Below are positions 1-9,120 of a stretch of 64,000 nt of DNA, piece by piece (position 1 is the first letter of the stretch; each line of letters starts with the position of its first letter). Under the pieces are notes generated by a model. It saw only the letters and a program-made list of their open reading frames with translations, had not been told where the DNA came from and did not search any database. The position numbers were made by a program, and so were the translations under genes. The stretch is from Isoptericola halotolerans (GTDB lineage: Bacteria > Actinomycetota > Actinomycetes > Actinomycetales > Cellulomonadaceae): positions 1,550,001 through 1,614,000 of the forward strand of contig NZ_JABEZU010000001.1 of the NCBI RefSeq assembly GCF_013149785.1, given 5' to 3'.

Positions 1-873
1 GACGCGCCGTGGGGTGACGGCGTCGGGCGTCTGCACGCGGCACCGCTCGCCGTCGCCGGACTGATCAGCACCCAGCTGCTGGGTGAGCGCAGCGGGGTGC
101 TCACGTCGGCGACGCTGGCGCTCGGGGGCACCTTCGACCCGGTGGCGAGATCGTTGGGGCTCGCCGCCTCGACGGGCGACGACGACGCGGCGTGGCGAGG
201 CCTGGACGTCGGCAGCCCGTTCGACTACCGCAAGCAGGGCATCTGCTACGTCGCGAAGCACCTTCCCGCGCCGGGCCGGGAGCCGACGACGGCCGCGCAG
301 CTCGACGAGATCGCGGGACTCGTCGAGGCGGCGGGCGGGCGCACCCTCGGGCTGTTCTCGTCACGGCGGGCGGCGACGGCGGCCGCCGAGGCGATGCGTG
401 ACCGGCTGGACGTCCCGGTGCTCTGCCAGGGCGACGACCAGCTCCCGACCCTCGTGAAGCAGTTCGCCGAGGACCCGGAGACCTGCTTGTTCGGCACCCT
501 GTCGCTGTGGCAGGGCGTGGACGTCCCGGGGGACGCCTGCCGCCTGGTCATCATCGACAGGGTGCCGTTCCCGCGCCCTGACGACCCGGTCAGGTCGGCG
601 CGGGCGCGTGCGGTCGAGGAGGCAGGGGGCAACGGCTTCATGCAGGTCGCGGCGTCCCACGCGGCACTGCTCCTCGCCCAGGGCGCGGGCCGGCTGATCC
701 GGTCGGCGCAGGACCGAGGAGTCGTCGCGGTGCTCGATCCCCGCCTGGTCACGGCCCGGTACGGCTCGTTCCTCACGCGGTCGATGCCCGACTTCTGGCG
801 GACCACCGACGGCGACCTGGCTCGGTCGGCGTTGCGTCGTCTGGCGGAGACTCCTCCCTCTGGCGCTCGGTGA
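1..873 (+). CDS. dinG: DinG-family ATP-dependent DNA helicase, C-terminal part (5' end outside window)
   Basis: Frame open from base 1; SATL (motif III), SPFDY, LGLFSS, LWQGVDVPG, IIDRVPFPRPDDP, QGAGRLIRS (motif VI), LDPRL. Confidence 0.9.
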   Translation, partial: DAPWGDGVGRLHAAPLAVAGLISTQLLGERSGVLTSATLALGGTFDPVARSLGLAASTGDDDAAWRGLDVGSPFDYRKQGICYVAKHLPAPGREPTTAAQLDEIAGLVEAAGGRTLGLFSSRRAATAAAEAMRDRLDVPVLCQGDDQLPTLVKQFAEDPETCLFGTLSLWQGVDVPGDACRLVIIDRVPFPRPDDPVRSARARAVEEAGGNGFMQVAASHAALLLAQGAGRLIRSAQDRGVVAVLDPRLVTARYGSFLTRSMPDFWRTTDGDLARSALRRLAETPPSGAR

Positions 874-895
874 GCGCGCGCCCTAGCCTGGGCGC

Positions 896-1855
896 GTGAC
901 CGTACCTCGCAGGCAGACCAAGCTCGCCGTCGTCGGTGCGGGTGCCGTCGGTGCCACCCTCGCCTTCACCGCCCTGAACCGCGGCACGGCGCGCACCGTC
1001 GCCCTGATGGACGTCAACAAGGCCAAGGTGGAGGCCGAGGTGCTCGACCTCCAGCACGGCGCGATGTTCGTCCCGCAGGCCGAGGTGATCGGTTCCGACG
1101 ACGTCGAGGTCTGCCGTGACGCCGACGTGGTCGTCGTCACGGCCGGCGCGAAGCAGCGGCCGGGCCAGTCGCGGCTGGATCTCGCCGAGGCGACGATCTC
1201 GCTGACGCGCGCGATCCTGCCGGGACTGGTCGAGGTCGCCCCGCACGCCACCTTCCTGCTGGTCACGAACCCTGTCGACGTGGTGACGCGGGCCGCCCAG
1301 GAGATCTCCGGCCTGCCTCCCGAGCGGGTGTTCGGTTCGGGGACGGTGCTGGACTCGTCGCGGCTGCGTGCGGCGCTCGCCCAGCACTGCGGCGTCGCGA
1401 CGGCCAACGTGCACGCCTACGTGGCCGGTGAGCACGGGGACTCGGAGATCGCCCTGTGGAGCTCGGCGCGAATCGCCGGGGTGCCGCTGCTGGAGTGGGA
1501 ACCGTTGCCGGGCCGATCGCCGCTGGACGCCGAGGCGCGCAAGCTCATCGCTCGCGACGTCGTCGAGTCGGCGTACCGGGTGATCGCCGGCAAGGGTGCC
1601 ACCAACTATGCCGTCGGTCTGGCCGCCACACGGATCGTCGAAGCGGTGCTCAACGACGAGCACCGGGTGATGCCCGTGTCCACGAGGATCGACGGCTTCC
1701 ACGGGATCAGCGACGTGTGTCTGTCTCTCCCCACCCTGGTCGACGCCCGTGGCGCGACCACCGTCGTGGACACGCCGCTGTCCGACGAGGAGGCGGAAGG
1801 ACTGCGGTCGTCGGCCGCGAGCGTCCGCGCCGTCCAGCGGCGGTTCGACCTCTGA
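896..1855 (+). CDS. ldh: L-lactate dehydrogenase
   Basis: GAGAVG Rossmann motif, AKQRPGQSRL (Gln, lactate specificity), TNPVD, GTVLDSSR, GEHGDS; TAGCCT -10 lies 6 nt before GTG. Confidence 0.93.
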   Translation: MTVPRRQTKLAVVGAGAVGATLAFTALNRGTARTVALMDVNKAKVEAEVLDLQHGAMFVPQAEVIGSDDVEVCRDADVVVVTAGAKQRPGQSRLDLAEATISLTRAILPGLVEVAPHATFLLVTNPVDVVTRAAQEISGLPPERVFGSGTVLDSSRLRAALAQHCGVATANVHAYVAGEHGDSEIALWSSARIAGVPLLEWEPLPGRSPLDAEARKLIARDVVESAYRVIAGKGATNYAVGLAATRIVEAVLNDEHRVMPVSTRIDGFHGISDVCLSLPTLVDARGATTVVDTPLSDEEAEGLRSSAASVRAVQRRFDL

Positions 1856-1889
1856 GGCCACCGCGAGGGCTGCGGGGCGATCGGTCGTT

Positions 1890-2651
1890 CTAGAGGCTGC
1901 GGAGCACGGCGACCACGCGACCGAGGATCTGCGCCTCGTCGCCGGCGATCGGGTCGTACGCCGAGTTCTGGGGCATGAGCCACGTGTGGCCGCCCGACTG
2001 CTTGAACGACTTGACCGTCGCCTCCCCGTCGAGCATGGCAGCCACGATCTCACCCTGCTCGGCCACGTTCTGGCGGCGTACGACGACCCAGTCGCCGTCG
2101 CAGATCGCGGCGTCGATCATCGAGTCACCCGCCACCTTGAGCAGGAAGAGCTCGCCGTCCCCGACGACCTGGCGGGGGAGGGGGAAGACATCCTCCACGA
2201 CCTGTTCGGCCAGGATGGGCCCGCCGGCCGCGATCCGACCGACGAGCGGGACGTAGGAGGGAGCCGGTGAGCCGCCCTCGCCGATCTCGGGTTCGGGCAC
2301 GGCCGAGGGCGCGAGGGGCGCCGGCACGGCTGAGCGGCCCGGGTCGAGCGCGACCGGGTCCACCACCTCCATGGCGCGTGGTCGGTGGGGGTCGCGCCGC
2401 AGATAGCCCTTGCGCTCGAGCGTGGTGAGCTGGTGCTTGACGGACGACGGGCTCGCCAGGCCGACGGCCTCCCCGATCTCGCGCATGGTCGGCGGGTAGC
2501 CGCGCTGCTCGACCGACGCGCGGATCGTCTCCAGGACGCGATGCTGGCGTGCGGTGAGCCGGTCCGGGCCTGGTGTGATCTCCGAGACGGACGCAAGGGT
2601 CTCGTCGCGCATGCCGGGGTCGGCGTCGTCGGTCTCGCGTGTCGTCGTCAT
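1890..2651 (-). CDS. lexA: SOS repressor LexA
   Basis: [10 protein letters not shown] wHTH, GRIAAG cleavage site, GDSM and ATVK Ser/Lys dyad; ATG 2651 follows a GGGAGAG RBS. Confidence 0.97.
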   Translation of the reverse strand: MTTTRETDDADPGMRDETLASVSEITPGPDRLTARQHRVLETIRASVEQRGYPPTMREIGEAVGLASPSSVKHQLTTLERKGYLRRDPHRPRAMEVVDPVALDPGRSAVPAPLAPSAVPEPEIGEGGSPAPSYVPLVGRIAAGGPILAEQVVEDVFPLPRQVVGDGELFLLKVAGDSMIDAAICDGDWVVVRRQNVAEQGEIVAAMLDGEATVKSFKQSGGHTWLMPQNSAYDPIAGDEAQILGRVVAVLRSL

Positions 2652-2734
2652 ACGTCTCTCCCGTCGAACCTGACCTGCCGAACCAGACAAAACTGTCACC
2701 GCTCCCGTCAGCCTAGGGCAGATCGCCCCGGACA

Positions 2735-2750
2735 TCAAACATCTGTTCGA
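2735..2750. promoter_or_regulatory. LexA (SOS) box near the lexA -35 region
   Basis: TCAAAC-ATCT-GTTCGA, one mismatch to actinobacterial TCGAAC-N4-GTTCGA; lexA -10 TAGGCT at 2715-2710 on minus strand. Confidence 0.88.
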
Positions 2751-2787
2751 TGATTCTCGACCTCCGCGCCCTCCGCGTGGTATCTAT

Positions 2788-2833
2788 GGGTACAGGTGTT
2801 CGTCGAACAGGTGTATGACGGACAGGTGTTCGA
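2788..2833. promoter_or_regulatory. Three tandem SOS-like boxes with 15-bp period in the LysM gene leader
   Basis: GGGTAC-AGGT-GTTCGT (2788-2803), TCGAAC-AGGT-GTATGA (2803-2818), ACGGAC-AGGT-GTTCGA (2818-2833). Confidence 0.75.
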
Positions 2834-2864
2834 CCGGAAGGGTATGACCGGGAGGAGCAGGGCC

Positions 2865-3209
2865 ATGGCATCGATCACGACAGCCTCGGTGGGCGAGACA
2901 CGTGGGCTCGACGGGCTACGGCTGACGGCAAGAGGTCGGCGCGCGCTCGTCGGTCTCGCGGCGTTCCTGTTGTCGGTGCCGCTCGTGGCCTGGGGTGCCG
3001 GTGCCGTGGCCGATGCTCCCCGGAGCGCCGTCGAGGTGCGGCTGCAGACGGTGGCTCCCGGGGAGACGCTGTGGCAGTACGCCGCGACGGTGGCTGCGCC
3101 GGGGGAGGATCTGCGCGACGTCGTGGCGGACCTGAAGGAGCTCAACGGGATGCGCACGGCTGCGCTCCAGGTCGGACAGGTCGTGGTCCTGCCACAGACC
3201 GGTGAGTGA
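2865..3209 (+). CDS. Membrane-anchored LysM protein, probable SOS cell-division inhibitor (ChiZ/YneA-like)
   Basis: LRLTARGRR then TM helix then LysM ([12 protein letters not shown]...ELNG...[10 protein letters not shown]); divergent from lexA; GGAGGAG RBS. Confidence 0.85.
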   Translation: MASITTASVGETRGLDGLRLTARGRRALVGLAAFLLSVPLVAWGAGAVADAPRSAVEVRLQTVAPGETLWQYAATVAAPGEDLRDVVADLKELNGMRTAALQVGQVVVLPQTGE

Positions 3210-3226
3210 TCCGCGGCGGTGCGATG

Positions 3227-3256
3227 TTGCACGGAGGCCGCGCGTCCGCTTACTTT
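3227..3256 (+). promoter_or_regulatory. Putative housekeeping-sigma promoter of nrdR
   Basis: TTGCAC-N18-TACTTT. Confidence 0.55.
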
Positions 3257-3304
3257 CGTCGGGCCGCCGGGCACAGGCCCGGCCTCGATCGCAGGAGACA
3301 CCGG

Positions 3305-3796
3305 ATGCACTGCCCGTTCTGCCGACACGGCGACTCCCGCGTCGTCGACTCGCGCACGGCCGATGACGGCTCGTCGATCCGCCGTCGGCGTCAGTGTCCG
3401 GCCTGCCAGCGTCGCTTCACCACGATCGAGACGGCGAGCCTGTCGGTCGTGAAGCGTTCGGGCGTGACGGAGCCGTTCAGCCGCGAGAAGGTGGTCTCCG
3501 GGGTGCGCAAGGCCTGCCAGGGTCGCCCGGTCAGCGCGGACGACCTGGCGCTGCTGGCCCAACGCGTGGAGGAGACGCTGCGAGGATCGGGCAGCGCGGA
3601 GATCGACGCGTACGAGATCGGCCTCGCGATCCTCGGCCCGTTGCGGGAGCTCGACGAGGTCGCCTACCTGCGGTTCGCCTCCGTCTACCAGGCGTTCGAC
3701 TCGCTCGACGACTTCGATGCGGCGATCACGTCGTTGCGTGTCGAGCGTGCCGAGCGTGAGGCCTCGAACCCGTCGGACGACCCGCAGGATCTCTGA
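3305..3796 (+). CDS. nrdR: Transcriptional repressor NrdR
   Basis: MHCPFC...SRVVDSR...[14 protein letters not shown] zinc ribbon plus ATP-cone ([10 protein letters not shown]); AGGAG RBS. Confidence 0.97.
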   Translation: MHCPFCRHGDSRVVDSRTADDGSSIRRRRQCPACQRRFTTIETASLSVVKRSGVTEPFSREKVVSGVRKACQGRPVSADDLALLAQRVEETLRGSGSAEIDAYEIGLAILGPLRELDEVAYLRFASVYQAFDSLDDFDAAITSLRVERAEREASNPSDDPQDL

Positions 3797-3858
3797 ACTG
3801 CCCCGGCTCTCGGTGGAATGGCTTCGCACGAGAGGCCCGAGAGGCGCATGCTGTCCTC

Positions 3859-4041
3859 ATGACCGAAGAGAAGAAGGCGACAGGACCCGGCGACGAGGCG
3901 AAGGCTCGTTTCAGGGAGGCACTCGAGAAGAAGAACGCAGCACAGCACCGCACGGCCGAGTCCGAGCGGAACACCGGTGCCGTGCACGGTTCGGAGACCA
4001 CCGGCCCCGTCCAGCAGATGTTCCGGCGCAAGTCGGGCTGA
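3859..4041 (+). CDS. Small DUF5302-family protein
   Basis: KARFREALEKK and C-terminal FRRKSG typical of this actinobacterial family. Confidence 0.75.
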   Translation: MTEEKKATGPGDEAKARFREALEKKNAAQHRTAESERNTGAVHGSETTGPVQQMFRRKSG

Positions 4042-4061
4042 CCTGGCACCAGGACGCTGAG

Positions 4062-4101
4062 CGCGAGCGGCCCCCCGAGGATCCTCGGGGGGCCGCTCGC
4101 G
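4062..4101. terminator. Perfect 40-bp palindrome between convergent genes, probable bidirectional terminator
   Basis: CGCGAGCGGCCCCCCGAGGA|TCCTCGGGGGGCCGCTCGCG. Confidence 0.8.
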
Positions 4102-4116
4102 GCGCCAGGGCGCAGG

Positions 4117-5355
4117 TCAGGCGGCGGCCGGCCCCGGGGGGAACTCAGGGCGGTCGAACGCATCGCGGATCCGCAGCCGGACCGTCGTGTCCATCGCCAT
4201 GAGCTTGGCGGAGGCGCCGCGCTGCGTGACGTCGGAGATGTCCGTGACGACATAGCCCAGCTCGCCCCGCGTGGCGAGCATCTGTGCCTCGATGTTGGCG
4301 CCGTGGTCGGCGAAGACCTGGTTCACCGCGGCGAGCACGCCCGGGACGTTGCGATGGAGGAGCGCGATGCGACCGACGCCCGTGTGCTCCAGCTGCAGGT
4401 TCGGCAGGTTCACCGACAGGGTCGTCGAAGCGGTCAGGAAGTAGTCGCGGAGCTTCTTGGCGACGAAGTGGCCGATCGACTCCTGCGCCTCGAGCGTCGA
4501 CCCCCCGACGTGCGGCGTGAGGATGACGTTGTCGAGCCCGCGCAACGGCGAGTCGAAGTGGTCCCCCCGCTTCTTCGGCTCGGTGGGGAAGACGTCCACG
4601 GCAGCACCTGCGAGATGGCCGGACAGGATGTGCTCGCGCAGCGAGGCGAGGTCGACCACGAATCCGCGCGAGAGGTTGAGGAAGATCGACCCCGGCTTCA
4701 TCCGGGCGAACATGTCCCCGGTGAACAGCCCGGCGTTCCCGGCGCGGCCGTCCACGTGGATCGTCACGGCGTCGGCCACCTGGAGCAGCTCGTCCAAGGT
4801 CTCGACCCTGCGGGCGTTGCCGAGGGCGAGCTTCTCGGCCGAGTCGTAGAAGACGACCTTCATGCCGAGGTTCTCGGCGAGCACGGAGAGCTGTGAACCG
4901 ATGTTCCCGTACCCGATGATCCCGAGGGTGCGGCCACGCACCTCGTGCGAGCCGTCGGCGGTCTTGTCCCACACGCCGTCGTGCAGGGCCTTGTCCCGCA
5001 CCGTGAGGCGGCGTGTCAAGGAGATGATCTCCGCCACCGCCAGCTCGACCACCGAGCGGGTGTTGGAGAACGGGGCGTTGAACACGGCCACACCCCGCGA
5101 GGCGGCGGCGTCGAGGTCGATCTGGTTGGTCCCGATGGAGAACGTCCCGACGGCCAGCAGGCCGGGGACGGACTCCAGGACATGACGGGTGACCTGGGTC
5201 TTGGACCGGATGCCGAGGATCTGGAAGTCGGCGAGCGTCTCGATCAGCTCCGCCTCGTCGAGCGCGCCGGAGCGGGTCTCGACCTCGATCCCCGCATCAC
5301 GGAGGATCTCGACGGCGGCAGGATGGACGTTCTCGAGGAGGAGGGCGCGCAGCAC
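4117..5355 (-). CDS. serA: D-3-phosphoglycerate dehydrogenase (short type with C-terminal ACT domain)
   Basis: LLLENVHP, GIRSKT, NAPFSNTRSVVE, GYGNIG, LTPHVGGST, ACT HRNVPGVL; GTG 5355 lies 6 nt after CACCAT -10. Confidence 0.95.
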   Translation of the reverse strand: MLRALLLENVHPAAVEILRDAGIEVETRSGALDEAELIETLADFQILGIRSKTQVTRHVLESVPGLLAVGTFSIGTNQIDLDAAASRGVAVFNAPFSNTRSVVELAVAEIISLTRRLTVRDKALHDGVWDKTADGSHEVRGRTLGIIGYGNIGSQLSVLAENLGMKVVFYDSAEKLALGNARRVETLDELLQVADAVTIHVDGRAGNAGLFTGDMFARMKPGSIFLNLSRGFVVDLASLREHILSGHLAGAAVDVFPTEPKKRGDHFDSPLRGLDNVILTPHVGGSTLEAQESIGHFVAKKLRDYFLTASTTLSVNLPNLQLEHTGVGRIALLHRNVPGVLAAVNQVFADHGANIEAQMLATRGELGYVVTDISDVTQRGASAKLMAMDTTVRLRIRDAFDRPEFPPGPAAA

Positions 5356-5397
5356 GGACCCATGGTGCGCCACCGGAGGCGCGGCCACAAGCTCGTC

Positions 5398-7659
5398 TCA
5401 CCCAGCGTGCACGAGACCTTCGGGGAGCGCACGGGAGTGCACGACGACGAGGACCTGCGTCGGCCGTGTCATGGCCACGTAGAGGTCCCCCCACCGGCCG
5501 GGACCGGCCGCGACGTCGGCGGGCTCCACGAGCACGACGGCGTCGTACTCGAGCCCCTTGGCCTCGCGCGGGGACGTCACGACCACCTGGGCGTCCTCCG
5601 GTCGCTGCCCTGCGAGACGCGTGGCCTCGTCGGCTCCCAGGGTGTCCGAGAGCGCAGCGGCGACCTGCTCGCGCAGCCCGGGCAGCGCGTCCTGCGCGGC
5701 GATGACCGCCACCCGGCCGGAGCCGTCGGCGGCCACGTGCTCCTGAGCGAGCGCGGCCGCGCGGGTGGCGGCACGCCCGGACGGGTCGTCCGAGCGGTCG
5801 ACCTGCAGGGAGTCGGGGACGTCCCGGGCCGCCGTCAGGGGCGAGACCGGGAGGCCCGCTGCGGTCGCGACGCGCTGCGCGGCGTCCGCCACGGCGGCGG
5901 GCGTCCGGTAGCTCACGGTCAGCTCGCTGAGCCGCCAGCCGTCGCGGAGCACGGGGTCGAGCGCCTGGGGCCACGACCGGGCGCCGGCCGCGGACGAGGT
6001 CTGGGCGACGTCACCCACGATGGTCAGCGACCGTGTCGGGACGCGGCGCACGATGGCGTGCCACGCCATCGGGCTGAGCTCCTGGGCCTCGTCGACCACG
6101 ACGTGTCCGTACGTCCAGGACCGGTCCGAGGCGGCACGCTCCGCGGTGGTCAGGGTGGGTCCTGTCTCGGCGAACCGGTCGGCGAGCGTCTGGGCGTCGA
6201 CCAGGCCCCCGCCGGCGCCGGTGGACTCCAGCACGGTCCGGGCGTACTCGAGCTCGGCGGCGCGCTGCGTCTCGGCGGCGCGGGACTCGGCCCGGGCCAC
6301 GGAGTCGTCGACTCCCAACAGCTCCGCCGCCTCGTCGAGGATCGGCACGTCGGACTCCGTCCACGGAGCGTCGGGGGAGCGGCGCAGCAGGCTGCGCTCG
6401 GCGGCCGTCAGCTCCGGTGCCGCCTCCTCGAGGCGGTGCGGCTTGGCCCACAGGTCGGCGACCAGCCTCTCGGGCGTCAGGGGGAACCACGCCAGGTTGA
6501 CGGCGACCCGGACGTCGCGGTCCGCGCGCAGGTCCTCCTGGAGCACCGCCACGTCGTGGTCCGACAGCTCGGAGTCGGTGCGCTCGCGGTACTGGTCGAC
6601 GAGCTTGGCGAGCATCTCGCGCACGAACGTCGCACGCGCCTCGTTGTGAGGCTTGTGCGTCCGGCGTGCCCGGGCGATCGCCTCGCGCACGTCCCGCCGG
6701 CGGATCGACAGGTCGACGCCGTCCACCCGTACGGCGACGTCGCGCACGGGAACCCGTTCCCGGGCGCGTACGGCGCGACGGACCGCCGCACGCCACAGCA
6801 GGCGGCCCTTGATCTCGGCGACCGGGCCGTCGTCGACGTCGGTGGCTCGCAGGCCCGGCAGCAGCTCGCCGACGGTGGTGGACACGACACCCGTCTCGCC
6901 GAGGGAGGGCAGCACCTGGTCGATGTAGCGCAGGAAGGCCCGGCTGGGACCCACGAGCAGGACGCCCGAGCGTTCGAGCACCCGGCGGTGGGCGTAGAGC
7001 AGGTAGGCGGCGCGGTGCAGCGCGACGGCGGTCTTGCCGGTCCCCGGGCCGCCCTGGACGACCAGGGCGCCACCGAGATCGTCGCGCACGATCCGGTCCT
7101 GCTCGCCCTGGATGGTCGCGACGATGTCCGCCATGCGACCGGTGCGGCGGGTGGCGAGCGAGGCGAGGAGCGCGCCCTCTCCGGACAGCGACGACACGTC
7201 CATCCCGTCCGTCACGGCGTCCAGGTCGAGCACCTCGTCCTCGTACCCGGTGACGGTCCGCGCGGAGGTGACCACGTGTCGACGACGCCGTACGCCGTCC
7301 GGGTGGCGGGCCGTGGCCCGGTAGAACGCTCGCGCGGCGGGTGCGCGCCAGTCGGTGAGGAGCGAGCGGTGCTCGTCGTCGGCCAGGCCCAGGCGACCCA
7401 CGTAGCGGACCTCGCCGTCCTCGAGGTCGAGGCGACCGAAGGCGAGCCGGTCCTCGACGGCGTCGAGCTGGGCAGCACGGTCCGCGTAGAGGGTCGCGAA
7501 GGCGTCCCGCTCGCTGCGGTTCTGCGGCGAGCCCGACGGCCCCTCGCGTCGTACCTCGGCGAGCCGTGCGCGCGCGACGGCGCGCAGCTCGTCGAGGCGG
7601 GCGTACAGCCGGGTGACGACCGCCTGCTCGCGTGCCAGCTCCTCGTGCCTGCCCGCCAC
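5398..7659 (-). CDS. HelD/HelR-family SF1 helicase-like RNA polymerase-binding ATPase
   Basis: FGRLD, YVGRLG, DWRAP, DIVATIQGEQD, GGPGTGKT, VVVDEAQEL, VGDVAQ, KGLEYD, LYVAMTR. Confidence 0.88.
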   Translation of the reverse strand: MAGRHEELAREQAVVTRLYARLDELRAVARARLAEVRREGPSGSPQNRSERDAFATLYADRAAQLDAVEDRLAFGRLDLEDGEVRYVGRLGLADDEHRSLLTDWRAPAARAFYRATARHPDGVRRRRHVVTSARTVTGYEDEVLDLDAVTDGMDVSSLSGEGALLASLATRRTGRMADIVATIQGEQDRIVRDDLGGALVVQGGPGTGKTAVALHRAAYLLYAHRRVLERSGVLLVGPSRAFLRYIDQVLPSLGETGVVSTTVGELLPGLRATDVDDGPVAEIKGRLLWRAAVRRAVRARERVPVRDVAVRVDGVDLSIRRRDVREAIARARRTHKPHNEARATFVREMLAKLVDQYRERTDSELSDHDVAVLQEDLRADRDVRVAVNLAWFPLTPERLVADLWAKPHRLEEAAPELTAAERSLLRRSPDAPWTESDVPILDEAAELLGVDDSVARAESRAAETQRAAELEYARTVLESTGAGGGLVDAQTLADRFAETGPTLTTAERAASDRSWTYGHVVVDEAQELSPMAWHAIVRRVPTRSLTIVGDVAQTSSAAGARSWPQALDPVLRDGWRLSELTVSYRTPAAVADAAQRVATAAGLPVSPLTAARDVPDSLQVDRSDDPSGRAATRAAALAQEHVAADGSGRVAVIAAQDALPGLREQVAAALSDTLGADEATRLAGQRPEDAQVVVTSPREAKGLEYDAVVLVEPADVAAGPGRWGDLYVAMTRPTQVLVVVHSRALPEGLVHAG

Positions 7660-7803
7660 GCGTCCTCCTGGTGCTCCTCGATGTGCGGCCGACCATCATT
7701 CCACGCGCGGGCGGTGCGGCGCGCCGACAGGGGTACCCACGACCGACGCGCCGGGGCCCGTCGGCGATGACGCGAGCGGTCGCGACGACATAGGATCATG
7801 GTC

Positions 7804-9120
7804 ATGATCAGCGGCGACGGGGGACGCGCCGGGTCCGGGGACGGTGAGCCGACGGGACCGGCGGTGGTGCTGCTCGTCGAGGACGACGACGGCGACGCCC
7901 TCCTCGTGACCGAGCTGCTCGCCGACGCGGAGGTCGAGATCGAGGTGCGGCGGGCGACGTCGGTCGCGGGGGCGGCCGAAGAGCTGGACAGGACGCGCGT
8001 CGACTGCCTGATCGTCGACCTGGGCCTGCCGGACGCGGTGGGGCTCGACGCCATCGAGCGCCTGCGTCGGTCCACGCAGCGCCACGAGGTCCCTCCGGCC
8101 CTCGTGGTGCTCACGGGGCACGCCGGGATCGACCAGGGGGTGCGCGCGGTCGCCGCCGGTGCCGACGACTACCTCGTCAAGGGTGAGACGGGCGCGGACC
8201 TGCTCGGACGTTCGCTGCGCTATGCCCTGCAGCGGCGACGGTCGGCGGCCCAGCAGCGTGCCCTGTACCGCAGCGAGGTACGTGCGGCCGAGACCGCGCG
8301 GCTGGAACGGGCGCTGCTGCCCAAGCCGCTGGTGGAGGACTCGACGGTCTCGGTGATGGTCGGCTACCTCCCGGGTGGGAACGGTCTGCTGGGTGGCGAC
8401 TTCTTCGACTCGGTCCAGACGGCGGACGGCACGGTGCTGTCGATGATCGGCGACGTGGCCGGCCACGGGCCGGACGAGGCGGCCCTCGGTGCGACCCTGC
8501 GCACGGCGTGGCGCACGCTCGTCCTGACCGGGACACCACCGCAGGACGTGCTCGGTCACCTGGAACGCGTCCTGGTGACCGAACGTCCTCGCCCGGAGAT
8601 CTTCGTCACGCTCTGCCAGGTGGCGGTGACCCCTGACCGGCACGGGATCGACCTGTACCTCGCGGGACACCCCGCGCCGATGCTGCTGACGGGACCGGTC
8701 GGCGCCGTGCGCTGCGACGACCTGCAGCCGACGGCCCGGGGGCGCGCGCTCGGTATCCCGATCGACGGCGGCTGGCGTGCGCAGCGCGTGGAGGTCGACG
8801 GCCCGTTCGCCGTGCTGATGTACACGGACGGGCTGGTCGAGGCCTCCGTCGTCGACGGAGCGGGCGCGCCGGTCCGGCGGGGCCGACGAGGGGCGCAACG
8901 GGTCGGGTTCGACGGTCTGCTCGGCCTGGTGCAGGCCGAGCTCGACGAGTCCGGGTTCGTCGGGGTCGTCGAGCGGGTCCTGCGCCGGGTGCGCGCAGCG
9001 CACGGCGGCCCGTTGGTCGACGACGCGGCGATGCTCGTCGTCGGGTGGACCGGTGCTCGGGAGGTCGTCGGCGAGAGGTCGTCGACGCTCGCCGACTCGG
9101 CAGAGTGGGCGCGTCCGTGA
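7804..9120 (+). CDS. Receiver domain fused to PP2C/SpoIIE (RsbU-type) phosphatase
   Basis: REC: LLVEDD, IVDLGLPD, VLTG, YLVKG; PP2C: GGDFFD, IGDVAGHG, AGHP, YTDGLVE, DDAAML; TAGGAT -10 lies 7 nt before ATG 7804. Confidence 0.9.
   Translation: MISGDGGRAGSGDGEPTGPAVVLLVEDDDGDALLVTELLADAEVEIEVRRATSVAGAAEELDRTRVDCLIVDLGLPDAVGLDAIERLRRSTQRHEVPPALVVLTGHAGIDQGVRAVAAGADDYLVKGETGADLLGRSLRYALQRRRSAAQQRALYRSEVRAAETARLERALLPKPLVEDSTVSVMVGYLPGGNGLLGGDFFDSVQTADGTVLSMIGDVAGHGPDEAALGATLRTAWRTLVLTGTPPQDVLGHLERVLVTERPRPEIFVTLCQVAVTPDRHGIDLYLAGHPAPMLLTGPVGAVRCDDLQPTARGRALGIPIDGGWRAQRVEVDGPFAVLMYTDGLVEASVVDGAGAPVRRGRRGAQRVGFDGLLGLVQAELDESGFVGVVERVLRRVRAAHGGPLVDDAAMLVVGWTGAREVVGERSSTLADSAEWARP

Noticed and set aside
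2694..2714. TGTCAC near lexA as a PafBC-type promoter
   Set aside because: Spacing to the nearest -10-like hexamer (CAGCCT) is 9 rather than 10 nt and it points away from lexA
3210..3304. NrdR boxes upstream of nrdR
   Set aside because: No AT-rich acaCwAtATaTwG-like 16-mer visible
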